Assembly (NCBI GenBank): GCA_023394955.1
Contig: JAEWZY010000061.1
Coordinates: 21,095 to 85,094, forward strand
DNA: 64,000 nt
Source: Bacillota bacterium
GTDB taxonomy: Bacteria > Bacillota > UBA4882 > UBA8346
Reading direction: 5' to 3'
A model generated the notes under the pieces. The model was not told where the DNA came from and did no database searches. It was given only the letters and a program-made list of their open reading frames with translations. This document shows, in pieces, positions 56,359 through 64,000 of the stretch (the stretch's first letter is position 1; each line of letters starts with the position of its first letter). A program made the translations under genes and the position numbers.

Positions 56359-57474
56359 ATGGAAATTAAAAAGATTGCTTTTATGACCGGAGGTGGAGAT
56401 TGCGCTGGTATCAACGCATTTATCGCCGCTGCGGCGCGTCAAGGTATTACTAAATACGGAGCCGAATTTGTCGGTATCCGAAAAGCTTTCGAAGGAGCCT
56501 GTTCGGAACGGATCGAAGATCATTTGGTCCCTTTGTCCTTGGAAGCAGTTAACGGTTTGGAGATTAAACCCAGTACAATCTTGGAGTCTTCTCGATTCAA
56601 TCCTTTTTCTACTGAAAATACTACTAAAGGATATCCCCAAAAGTTGGTGGAAAATCTCAAAAAGATCGGAGTCGATGCGGTTTTAGCAACCGGTGGCAAT
56701 GACACTATCAAGTCGGGAATGGGGCTTTTTAATCAAAATTTCCCGGTGATCGCCGCTCCGAAGAGTATCGACAACGATGTTTCCGGGACCGATACCATGC
56801 TGGGTTACAAGACAGCCATTGCTTTTGGCGCAACGGCGGTACGTAGTACGGCTGAGTCAGCCAAAACCCACCGCCGGATTTCGATAGTGGAAATAATGGG
56901 GCGTGAAGCAGGCTGGCTTACCATGGAGATCGGTATCGCCGCCGGGGCTGATCTGGTTTTGATCCCTGAGAAACAAGTCTCTCTGTCAAAACTATGTGAC
57001 CGAATCGTTGAAATTAATCAAAAACAAAAATACGTCAATATAGTTGTTGCCGAAGGATTTAGGATCAAAGCCGATGATCCGGTACTGTTAAAGGTTAAAA
57101 CGGAAAGCCCGGCGGTTAAAGCCTTGGTCGAAGAGGATCTGGGAATTGACTCCCACGGCAACCCCAAACTAGGAGGCATTGGCCAAATTTTACGCCGGAT
57201 CATCAAAATTCAATTGGGATTGAAAAAGTTAGAAGATGTTCGGGCCACCGATTTAGGCTTTACCTTGCGGGGTCTACCACCGGTTGCCGATGATGTTGTT
57301 CTAGGGACCAGATTCGGCATTACCGCAGTTGACCTTCTATTCCAGGGTGTAAGTGGAAAGATGGTAGGTTTGCAAGGGAGCAAAATTGTCACCGTTCCAT
57401 TTCCCGAGGCGTTAGTCCAAAAACAAATTAATTGGAATGACAAGGATTTGGCCAGTGTCGGCGTGGTGTTATAG
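56359..57474 (+). CDS. 6-phosphofructokinase, with residues suggesting a pyrophosphate-dependent type
   Basis: TGGGDCAGINA, TGGNDT, PKSIDNDV and MGREAGW motifs (see finding). Confidence 0.85.
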   Translation: MEIKKIAFMTGGGDCAGINAFIAAAARQGITKYGAEFVGIRKAFEGACSERIEDHLVPLSLEAVNGLEIKPSTILESSRFNPFSTENTTKGYPQKLVENLKKIGVDAVLATGGNDTIKSGMGLFNQNFPVIAAPKSIDNDVSGTDTMLGYKTAIAFGATAVRSTAESAKTHRRISIVEIMGREAGWLTMEIGIAAGADLVLIPEKQVSLSKLCDRIVEINQKQKYVNIVVAEGFRIKADDPVLLKVKTESPAVKALVEEDLGIDSHGNPKLGGIGQILRRIIKIQLGLKKLEDVRATDLGFTLRGLPPVADDVVLGTRFGITAVDLLFQGVSGKMVGLQGSKIVTVPFPEALVQKQINWNDKDLASVGVVL

Positions 57475-57562
57475 GTTGCGGATTAACCCTGATTTCACAG
57501 ATGGTATGCTAGTTTTGAGTGTATAATGTTTTGAATATAACAATATAAAGGGAGTGAAGTTT

Positions 57563-58573
57563 ATGTTAGTAACGATGAAAGCAATTCTCGAAGCTAGTTT
57601 GAATGGGTACCGGGTTGGAAAACCCTTTGCTGTTGGGGCTTATAATGTAAACAATATGGAGCAAATGCAGGGGATTATGAAAGCCGCCAAAGAAACCCAA
57701 TCTCCGGTAATTGTTCAAGTTAGCCGCGGCGCGTTAAAATACGCTGAAGATAAATACTTACGAAACATCATCATGGCCGGTGTGGAATTAAATCCTGATA
57801 TACCAGTGGCTGTCCATCTAGACCATGGTAATAATATGGAAAGCGTCAAACGCGCCATTGATCTTGGGTTTACTTCAGTGATGATTGACGGTTCTTTGCT
57901 TGAAGATTCCAAGACTCCATCTGATTTTGAATATAACGTGAAAATCACCAGCGAAGTAGTGAAGTACGCCCATGACCGCGGAGTGACGGTGGAAGGCGAG
58001 ATTGGCACTCTCGGAGGAATTGAGGATGGAGTGGGTTCGGGTCAAACTCATTTAACAGTTCCCGAAGAAGCAGCTGAATTTGTAGTTAAAACCGGAGTAG
58101 ACGCCTTGGCGATTTCCATCGGCACTTCTCATGGCGCATTTAAATTTAAAGGTGAAGCTAAAATCGCTTTCGATGTAATTGAAAAATGCCGTAAATTAAT
58201 CCCTGATGTTTATTTGGTTTCCCATGGTTCTTCCAGCGTTCCAAAGGAATTGATCGATATTATTAATCAATATGGCGGACAAATGGAACATGCGGCCGGT
58301 ATGCCGTTGGATGCTTTAGAGAAAGCAACTACCTATGGTATGAATAAAATTAATGTTGATACCGATATCCGGTTAGCCGCCACCGCTGCTACCCGTAAGT
58401 TTTTAGCGGAAAATCCCGGCAAATTCGATCAACGGGATTATGCCGGAGCAGCCCGGGAAGGGATTGCGCAGGAGATCATGAAAAGGATGAAAGCCTTTAA
58501 TACCGCCGGCCATATCAAAGATGTTCCCAACTGGGATTTGGAAGAAATGAAACAGAAATATCAAGGGAAATAG
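57563..58573 (+). CDS. fba: Class II fructose-1,6-bisphosphate aldolase
   Basis: ..VHLDHG.., ..GTSHGAFKF.. and ..SHGSSSVP.. motifs. GGAG lies 8 nt before ATG 57563. Confidence 0.9.
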   Translation: MLVTMKAILEASLNGYRVGKPFAVGAYNVNNMEQMQGIMKAAKETQSPVIVQVSRGALKYAEDKYLRNIIMAGVELNPDIPVAVHLDHGNNMESVKRAIDLGFTSVMIDGSLLEDSKTPSDFEYNVKITSEVVKYAHDRGVTVEGEIGTLGGIEDGVGSGQTHLTVPEEAAEFVVKTGVDALAISIGTSHGAFKFKGEAKIAFDVIEKCRKLIPDVYLVSHGSSSVPKELIDIINQYGGQMEHAAGMPLDALEKATTYGMNKINVDTDIRLAATAATRKFLAENPGKFDQRDYAGAAREGIAQEIMKRMKAFNTAGHIKDVPNWDLEEMKQKYQGK

Positions 58574-58595
58574 AAATAGACCGGAGATACGAGGA

Positions 58596-58626
58596 TTAAA
58601 CCCATGAAATTAATTCATGGGTTTAA
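58596..58626. terminator. 13-bp perfect hairpin between convergent fba and ytaF (no clear U-tract)
   Basis: TTAAACCCATGAA-ATTAA-TTCATGGGTTTAA. Confidence 0.45.
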
Positions 58627-58638
58627 CCTTAATGAACG

Positions 58639-59313
58639 TTAAATTCTTAATAAAGCTAAAAAAACCAGAAGTATACCTGGGATTAGTCCGAACCATTTTT
58701 GGTTGGGATTGAAAATTGACGCAAATTTTTCACCTAAATAGGTTCCGAAGGATAAAGATAACCACTGAAAAAGCCCTACTGTAAGCGGTATAAAAAATGA
58801 ATGAAACCCCAATAAGGCGCTGCCGATACCAACTCCGATTGCATCCAAGGAAAGTCCCAATCCTAGTAACAAAGATTCTGCGGGATCGATAGTACCGGAT
58901 GAGTCCAAGTCAAACTCAATCGGATTTTTAAAAATATGAATAGTAATACCCAGCGATTTAATCCCGATTTTTAACAATGTTTTGGAAAAAGCGGCTTCGG
59001 TTGGAATAGAATGATTCTGCTCTTTCTTTAGTAGGGTTTGAATGATAATCCAAACACCCATTATAATGAGAATACTAACCCCGAGTTTTTTTGAGACGGA
59101 AAAGGGAACGATTTTGGATAGGCTTTTTCCGGCAAACAAAGCAGCGCTGGTATAGATGACGGAAAACATTGTTATTAATAGTTTTGAAGGTATAGGTATT
59201 TTAATTTGACGCAAACCATATATCAAACCGGCGCTGAAAGCATCCATGCTTAAAGATATTGCAAGCAGTAGAATGGAAAACAATATTGGCTCAACTCCTG
59301 TAATGTTATGCAA
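58639..59313 (-). CDS. ytaF: Sporulation membrane protein YtaF (MntP/DUF204 family)
   Basis: Two-fold internal repeat ..LSMDAFSAG.. / ..LSLDAIGVG.. in a ~6-TM protein. Confidence 0.7.
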   Translation of the reverse strand: MHNITGVEPILFSILLLAISLSMDAFSAGLIYGLRQIKIPIPSKLLITMFSVIYTSAALFAGKSLSKIVPFSVSKKLGVSILIIMGVWIIIQTLLKKEQNHSIPTEAAFSKTLLKIGIKSLGITIHIFKNPIEFDLDSSGTIDPAESLLLGLGLSLDAIGVGIGSALLGFHSFFIPLTVGLFQWLSLSFGTYLGEKFASIFNPNQKWFGLIPGILLVFLALLRI

Positions 59314-59376
59314 GGTCTAAGTATATTATATGATCATAGTAAGGACTTTGGTTAAATGGAGATGGAGGGAGAGATT

Positions 59377-59907
59377 ATGAAGATGGGCTTTATTTTTAGC
59401 CAAGTTTTTTGGGGGATTTTTCTGATTTTATTAGGCATTTCTTTCATTCTGAAAGTTCTGTTTCACTTGGACATACCTGTCTTTAGGTTGTTTATTTCAT
59501 TTATCTTAATTTACATGGGATTAAAAGTTTTAACCGGGGGTTTTGGTTATGAAAAAAACAACCGTAATATAATGTTTAACGATTACCAATTTAAGGTCAA
59601 GGCTGATGGGGAATATAATGTCATCTTCGGCCGGGGAGTTGTCGATTTGACAGGATATGCGTTTGATGCCAATACCAGGATAAAAATCAATGTCATCTTC
59701 GGCTCGGGATTGGTAAAATTAGCTCCGACCCAGCCGTTAAAGGTCAAAGTCGATTCCGCCTTTGCCGGAGCGAGAATGCCGGACGGCAATCTGATCTCTT
59801 TCGGTGAATATTATTATCAAACTCCTGCGGTCCAAGAGAACCAGCCTTATGGCAAAGTGGAAGTGAATGTGGTTTTCGGGGAAATGCAGTTGAGCGAAGT
59901 TGAATAA
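59377..59907 (+). CDS. Membrane protein with a beta-rich C-terminal domain (tentatively LiaF-C/DUF2154-like)
   Basis: Two N-terminal TM segments and repeated ..VIFG../..VVFGE.. strands. GGAGGGAG RBS precedes ATG 59377. Confidence 0.45.
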   Translation: MKMGFIFSQVFWGIFLILLGISFILKVLFHLDIPVFRLFISFILIYMGLKVLTGGFGYEKNNRNIMFNDYQFKVKADGEYNVIFGRGVVDLTGYAFDANTRIKINVIFGSGLVKLAPTQPLKVKVDSAFAGARMPDGNLISFGEYYYQTPAVQENQPYGKVEVNVVFGEMQLSEVE

Positions 59908-59917
59908 ACGCTTAAAA

Positions 59918-59954
59918 GCAAGCCCGATATGGCCACTATCGGAGCTTGCCTTTT
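59918..59954. terminator. Bidirectional hairpin terminator
   Basis: GCAAGCCCGATA-TGGCCAC-TATCGGAGCTTGC (one bulge), followed by CTTTT on +. Confidence 0.55.
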
Positions 59955-60117
59955 AAACACAGATCAATGATAAATACGAAATTTGATTAATGATCGTCAC
60001 AATGCCGAGAGCGCGCCAGGTTTCCTTGGGAAACTCCAGTTTGATCACTTTCTTGGCTTCGTTTTTAATCTGGGCATATTCTTTCAATTTTGCATTTAAG
60101 AGTGCTTTAGATTCCAT
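59953..60117 (-). CDS. Unlisted 54-aa ORF (MESKALLNAKLKEYAQIKNEAKKVIKLEFPKETWRALGIVTIINQISYLSLICV), divergent from proA
   Basis: Translated by hand. It ends at the bidirectional hairpin and has only a weak GGGA RBS. It is antisense to the implausible track ORF 59990..60193. Confidence 0.3.
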   Translation of the reverse strand: MESKALLNAKLKEYAQIKNEAKKVIKLEFPKETWRALGIVTIINQISYLSLICV

Positions 60118-60206
60118 ATGTCCCGCAATTAAGTTTCAAAGTAAGTTCTTTTCTGATATAATTATCAGAAATATTGGAAAACAGATTAGATAAGAGGCGA
60201 TACTCA

Positions 60207-61502
60207 ATGAAGATTTTAGATATGGCAAACTCGGCAAAATCAGCTGCCTTACGTTTGGCAGCTTGTGACCAAAACATAAAAAACCATGCCCTGGAAAAGA
60301 TCGCCCAAACATTGGAAGCGAATAAAGAAGCGATTATCCAGGCTAACCGGGAAGATTTAAACCGGAGTCAACAGGAAAATTTGGCTGCCCCGTTATTAAA
60401 ACGTTTGAAATTTGACGAAGGCAAATTGGCCGATGTAGTGGCGGGAATCCGGAGTTTGATTCAATTGGAAGATCCGGTGGGCAAGACATTATTGGCCACC
60501 GAGTTGGACCAGGATTTAGAACTTTACCGGGTAACCTGTCCCATTGGGGTAATTGGTATTATTTTTGAATCCCGTCCGGACGCTTTGGTCCAGATTTCAA
60601 CCCTTTGTCTAAAGAGCGGGAATAGCGCTTTATTAAAAGGCGGTTCCGAAGCGTCAGCTACTAACCGGATTTTAACCGATTTAATCATTCAAGCGACTGA
60701 AAAAGTGAAAATTCCCACCGGCTGGATTCACCTCCTGGAGACCAGGGCTGATGTGAATGAAATGCTGAAACTGGATCAATATATCGACTTGATTATTCCC
60801 CGCGGTTCCAATGAATTCGTCCGTTACATCATGGATAATTCGAGGATTCCGGTGATGGGCCACGCCGACGGCATTTGCCATTCCTATGTGGACGCCGGCG
60901 CCGACCTGGAGATGGCGGTAAGGATCGCGGTTGATTCTAAAACCCAGTATGTTGCTGTCTGTAACGCAATCGAGACCTTACTGGTTCATCAGCAGGTGGC
61001 GGCGGAATTTTTACCTTTATTAAAAGAAGCCATGGACGACAAGAAGGTGGAACTTTACGGCTGCCCGAAAACTCAAAGGATTATTAATCTTCCGCCAGCC
61101 ACGGAGAGAGATTGGCGGACCGAGTATCTTGATTATAAACTCTCGGTCAAAGTAGTTGAGAATTTAGAAGATGCCATCAACCATATCAATCGTTACGGCT
61201 CCGGGCACACGGATGCCATTATTACTAAAAATCCGGCTCATGCCAGGCAATTCATGAACTCAGTAGATTCGGGAAATGTCTTTTGGAACTGTTCCACTCG
61301 TTTTAGCGACGGGTTTCGTTACGGGTTCGGGGCTGAGGTCGGGATTAGCACCAGCAAGCTCCATGCCCGGGGTCCGGTTGGGCTGGAGGGTTTGGTAAGT
61401 TATAAATATAAATTGTTAGGGAACGGGCAAGTGGTTGAGGGTTATGCCCAAAAGGAGCGGAGTTTTAATCATAAGGCTTTGGATAAAGAGTGTCCGATAT
61501 AA
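60207..61502 (+). CDS. proA: Glutamate-5-semialdehyde dehydrogenase (gamma-glutamyl phosphate reductase)
   Basis: ..IGVIGIIFESRPDA.., ..LKGGSEA.. and ..VCNAIETLLVH.. motifs. AAGAGG RBS precedes ATG 60207. Confidence 0.95.
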   Translation: MKILDMANSAKSAALRLAACDQNIKNHALEKIAQTLEANKEAIIQANREDLNRSQQENLAAPLLKRLKFDEGKLADVVAGIRSLIQLEDPVGKTLLATELDQDLELYRVTCPIGVIGIIFESRPDALVQISTLCLKSGNSALLKGGSEASATNRILTDLIIQATEKVKIPTGWIHLLETRADVNEMLKLDQYIDLIIPRGSNEFVRYIMDNSRIPVMGHADGICHSYVDAGADLEMAVRIAVDSKTQYVAVCNAIETLLVHQQVAAEFLPLLKEAMDDKKVELYGCPKTQRIINLPPATERDWRTEYLDYKLSVKVVENLEDAINHINRYGSGHTDAIITKNPAHARQFMNSVDSGNVFWNCSTRFSDGFRYGFGAEVGISTSKLHARGPVGLEGLVSYKYKLLGNGQVVEGYAQKERSFNHKALDKECPI

Positions 61503-61642
61503 CGTTTTATTTAGTTTTAAGAAAAGATGATGAAAAACCTCCGATATTCCAAGCCATCTTTATTTTGAATTCGAACAATTGGGTAATAAAATAGGTAGTT
61601 ACAGAGCTCAAGATAGGAGTACCGATAATTATCAAACTAACC

Positions 61643-61666
61643 AAAGCCCTTCGCAGAGGGCTTTTT
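61643..61666 (+). terminator. Rho-independent terminator ~140 nt after proA
   Basis: AAAGCCCT-TCGCAG-AGGGCTTT followed by TT. Confidence 0.6.
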
Positions 61667-62028
61667 CCTTTACATTTTCGGAAGAGCCAAATTTGGAAAA
61701 CTAGAAACCCTAAGAAAGCCAGAAGAATTACTATTTTTATAAGAATCTCGTTTTCCGCTCAGAACCATATTCGAAGAATACAATCTCACAACTTCAGATC
61801 AGTTTCGCTATTCGTTTAATCACGGAGAGGACTTCTAGATTGTCTTTCAAGTAATGGAAGGCGGTAAAAATGTTAATACTATTGTCAACTCTTTTAGGGA
61901 AAGCCGGCGAAAAATGACAATCCTAACAGAAAGTACTGGTATACGAAAGATATGAACCATAGTATATTAAGACTAACTGTTGGTTACCATATTCATTTTC
62001 TTTTAATTTATTATAGATAAGGAGGGTC

Positions 62029-63651
62029 ATGGTGGAAATTCAGGAAAAAGCGCTTCCCAAAGTGGCGTATTTTTGTATGGAATACGCTTTGGATAATGAT
62101 TTTAAAACTTATGCGGGCGGTTTGGGTATCCTAGCCGGCGATTATTTGAAAGGCGCTCGAGACTATGATTTTCCAATTATCGGTATCGGTCTTTTGTGGA
62201 AACAAGGCTATACCGAACAACGGATTGGGGAAGATGGTCGGCCTTATGATAGTTATTATAACAATCGTTATGAATTTCTAAAAGACACTGGGGTGACGGT
62301 AGGAGTCACCATCCGTCATCGTGAAGTCCGTTGTAAGGTTTGGAAAGTGGATTGCTTTGGAAACGCGCCCCTTTATTTACTCGATACAAACCTGCCCGAG
62401 AATGAAGACAGCTGGATTACAGGTCAGTTATACGGTTGGTTCGGCGAAGAACGGGTCGCTCAGGAAATGGTGCTTGGCATTGGTGGGATTCGCGCTTTGC
62501 GGGCTTTGGGAATTCCAATCGATGTTTATCATTTCAATGAAGGACATGCGGTCTTTGCCGGATTAGAATTAATCCGGGAAAAGATGCAGTCTGGCGCCTC
62601 CTTTGATCAGGCGGTGAACGAATCTCGGCGGCAGATCGTTTTTACCACCCATACTCCCGTACTTCAGGGAAACGAATGGCACTACGTGGAACGTCTAATG
62701 TATATGGGCGCCAATAATGGACTTTCCATGGAGCAGATGATTAGCTTGGGAAATTCACCGTTTAATATGACTATCGCTGCATTGCGGTTATCCCGGTTTT
62801 CAAATGCTGTAGCCCAACTTCATTGTGAAACTGCTAACCGGATGTGGGCTCATGTCGATCGGCGTTCACCAATTATCGGTATTACCAATGCAATTCATGT
62901 GCCGACCTGGGTTGATGAGTCAATGCTCCGGGCAGCATCGGGAAACGGCGATTTATGGAATGAACATCAGCGGAATAAGGAAAAGTTAATTCGATTCGTT
63001 AAGGAACGAAACGGAGTAACCTTAGATCCTGAGGTCCTATTGATCGGATTTTCCAGGCGTGCAGCGCCTTACAAGCGAAGTGATTTAATCTTTACCGATG
63101 AGAATATAATTTCCGGATTATTAAATGAATGCCGCATTCAATTGGTCTTTTCCGGAAAAGCACATCCCTTGGATGATTACGGCAAGGAGATCGTGGCTAA
63201 TTTGGTCCGGATTTCGAACCGTTATCCTAATTCCGTAGTCTTTTTGGAAAACTACGATATGAACATTGGCCAGATATTGACCGGAGGCTCCGATGTATGG
63301 CTGAATAACCCCAGACGGCCGATGGAAGCAAGCGGCACCTCGGGAATGAAGGCTGCAATGAACGGTGTATTGAATTTCAGCGTTCTCGACGGCTGGTGGC
63401 CTGAGGCTTGTCAGCATGGGATCAACGGTTGGCAAATCGGAGACGCGTTTGTCAGCGACAACACTCACCATCAAGATGAACACGACGTTAGGTCTTTATA
63501 TCATGTCTTACTCGACCAAGTAATTCCCACTTACTATCAAAACCGCGACCGTTGGGTGGAAATGATGAAAAACAGCATTCAAAGCACTAGGGAACAGTTT
63601 AATGTCAGCAGAATGTTGGAAGAGTATTATGAGAAGCTTTATACCGAGTGA
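62029..63651 (+). CDS. glgP: Alpha-glucan phosphorylase (GT35, short maltodextrin/glycogen phosphorylase type)
   Basis: ..YFCMEYAL..GGLGILAGD.. and the pyridoxal-phosphate site ..EASGTSGMKAAMNG... GGAGGG RBS. Confidence 0.85.
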   Translation: MVEIQEKALPKVAYFCMEYALDNDFKTYAGGLGILAGDYLKGARDYDFPIIGIGLLWKQGYTEQRIGEDGRPYDSYYNNRYEFLKDTGVTVGVTIRHREVRCKVWKVDCFGNAPLYLLDTNLPENEDSWITGQLYGWFGEERVAQEMVLGIGGIRALRALGIPIDVYHFNEGHAVFAGLELIREKMQSGASFDQAVNESRRQIVFTTHTPVLQGNEWHYVERLMYMGANNGLSMEQMISLGNSPFNMTIAALRLSRFSNAVAQLHCETANRMWAHVDRRSPIIGITNAIHVPTWVDESMLRAASGNGDLWNEHQRNKEKLIRFVKERNGVTLDPEVLLIGFSRRAAPYKRSDLIFTDENIISGLLNECRIQLVFSGKAHPLDDYGKEIVANLVRISNRYPNSVVFLENYDMNIGQILTGGSDVWLNNPRRPMEASGTSGMKAAMNGVLNFSVLDGWWPEACQHGINGWQIGDAFVSDNTHHQDEHDVRSLYHVLLDQVIPTYYQNRDRWVEMMKNSIQSTREQFNVSRMLEEYYEKLYTE

Positions 63652-63673
63652 TTTGGTTTAAGATATTTCGTAA

Positions 63674-63708
63674 AAAATGGGGTTATCCTTAGCGGATAAC
63701 CCCATTTT
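63674..63708 (+). terminator. Rho-independent terminator after glgP
   Basis: AAAATGGGGTTATCC-TTAGC-GGATAACCCCATTTT (15-bp perfect stem). Confidence 0.85.
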
Positions 63709-63740
63709 AATGTGGATAAATGAGAGTTTCGTTAAAACAC

Positions 63741-63769
63741 TTGCTTAATCAAGGTAAGCATGGTATAGT
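63741..63769 (+). promoter_or_regulatory. Candidate sigma-A promoter (TTGCTT-17 nt-TGgTATAGT)
   Basis: -35 at 63741-63746 and an extended -10 at 63761-63769. Confidence 0.5.
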
Positions 63770-63875
63770 AAAAAATGTGTTTGTTAATTTGATTATATAA
63801 AAATCCAATATAATTTTATCAAAAGGCGGCTAATTTGTCAATGATTTTCAATAGAATGTTTTTGGAGGATGATTA

Positions 63876-64000
63876 ATGCCGATTGCAGAGGAAGAACGGT
63901 CAAAGGAAGAATTATGGCTGTCCGAGGTATTGCAACGAATCAACTATCTAATGGAACGGGCCGGTAGTAGTGTGGCTAAATCGGTGAAAGAAACGATTGA
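63876..64000 (+). CDS. 5' end of an ORF (MPIAEEERSKEELWLSEVLQRINYLMERAG...); possibly the N-terminus of a HelD/UvrD-like helicase
   Basis: GGAGG RBS lies 7 nt upstream. Only 41 codons are visible, so the family guess is weak. Confidence 0.35.
   Translation, partial: MPIAEEERSKEELWLSEVLQRINYLMERAGSSVAKSVKETI

Noticed and set aside
59990-60193. 67-aa + strand ORF upstream of proA
   Set aside because: It has no RBS and an implausible sequence. The opposite strand gives a more protein-like small ORF that ends at a terminator; that ORF is reported with low confidence.
1449-63483. Many track ORFs nested antisense to, or out of frame within, recognised genes. Examples: 1449..1631, 2393..2683, 6539..7153, 7324..7726, 12866..13186, 13526..13862, 15092..15879, 25768..26149, 28503..28941, 51518..52006, 54919..55379, 56335..56711 and 63121..63483.
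   Set aside because: Each overlaps a gene with strong family-level evidence on the other strand or frame. Their translations are low-complexity (Ser/Pro/Arg-rich) and lack RBSs. They are treated as spurious shadow ORFs.
1-64000. tRNA, rRNA, tmRNA, RNase P, 6S or known riboswitch genes
   Set aside because: By eye I could not recognise any cloverleaf-type or other known RNA gene in the intergenic regions. This is a limitation of manual reading. tRNAscan-SE and Infernal/Rfam scans would be decisive.

Overview
This is a 64-kb chromosomal segment from an endospore-forming Firmicute with Clostridia-like gene content; the organism cannot be named from sequence alone. Nearly every large ORF is a recognisable core gene, and most lie on the + strand. 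In order: spoIVA (partial), hup, a polysaccharide deacetylase, lepB, an ABC-F ATPase and lon; then csp and sfsA-sbcD-sbcC. A shortened dcw cluster follows (mraZ-rsmH-ftsL-PBP/spoVD-murE-murF-mraY-ftsW/spoVE-murA), then fapR-fabH and a GGDEF cyclase. Next is obg-yhbY-proB-nadD-[RRM protein]-[PilZ]-yqeK-rsfS-leuS, then spoIVB-spo0A followed by steA/steB-like genes plus two glycosyltransferases. The window ends with nfo-rnhA, split transketolase-pfk-fba, ytaF, proA and glgP. I saw no rRNA, tRNA, CRISPR array, intact mobile element or recognisable defence system. The only accessory-looking stretch is about 13.9-22.8 kb. It holds a class II Fic protein, an M18 aminopeptidase bracketed by an 18-bp direct repeat, and a Cys-rich micro-ORF. 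It also holds an IS3-like transposase scrap fused to a 21-bp x ~8.7 tandem repeat, four CotS/bacterial-spore-kinase paralogues and a PHP esterase. The most unusual non-coding structure is also here: two opposed heptanucleotide-repeat arrays that fill one cotS intergenic gap. I did not find a convincing novel multi-gene system, and the findings are ranked with that in mind. All family calls come from reading the translations, not from database searches.
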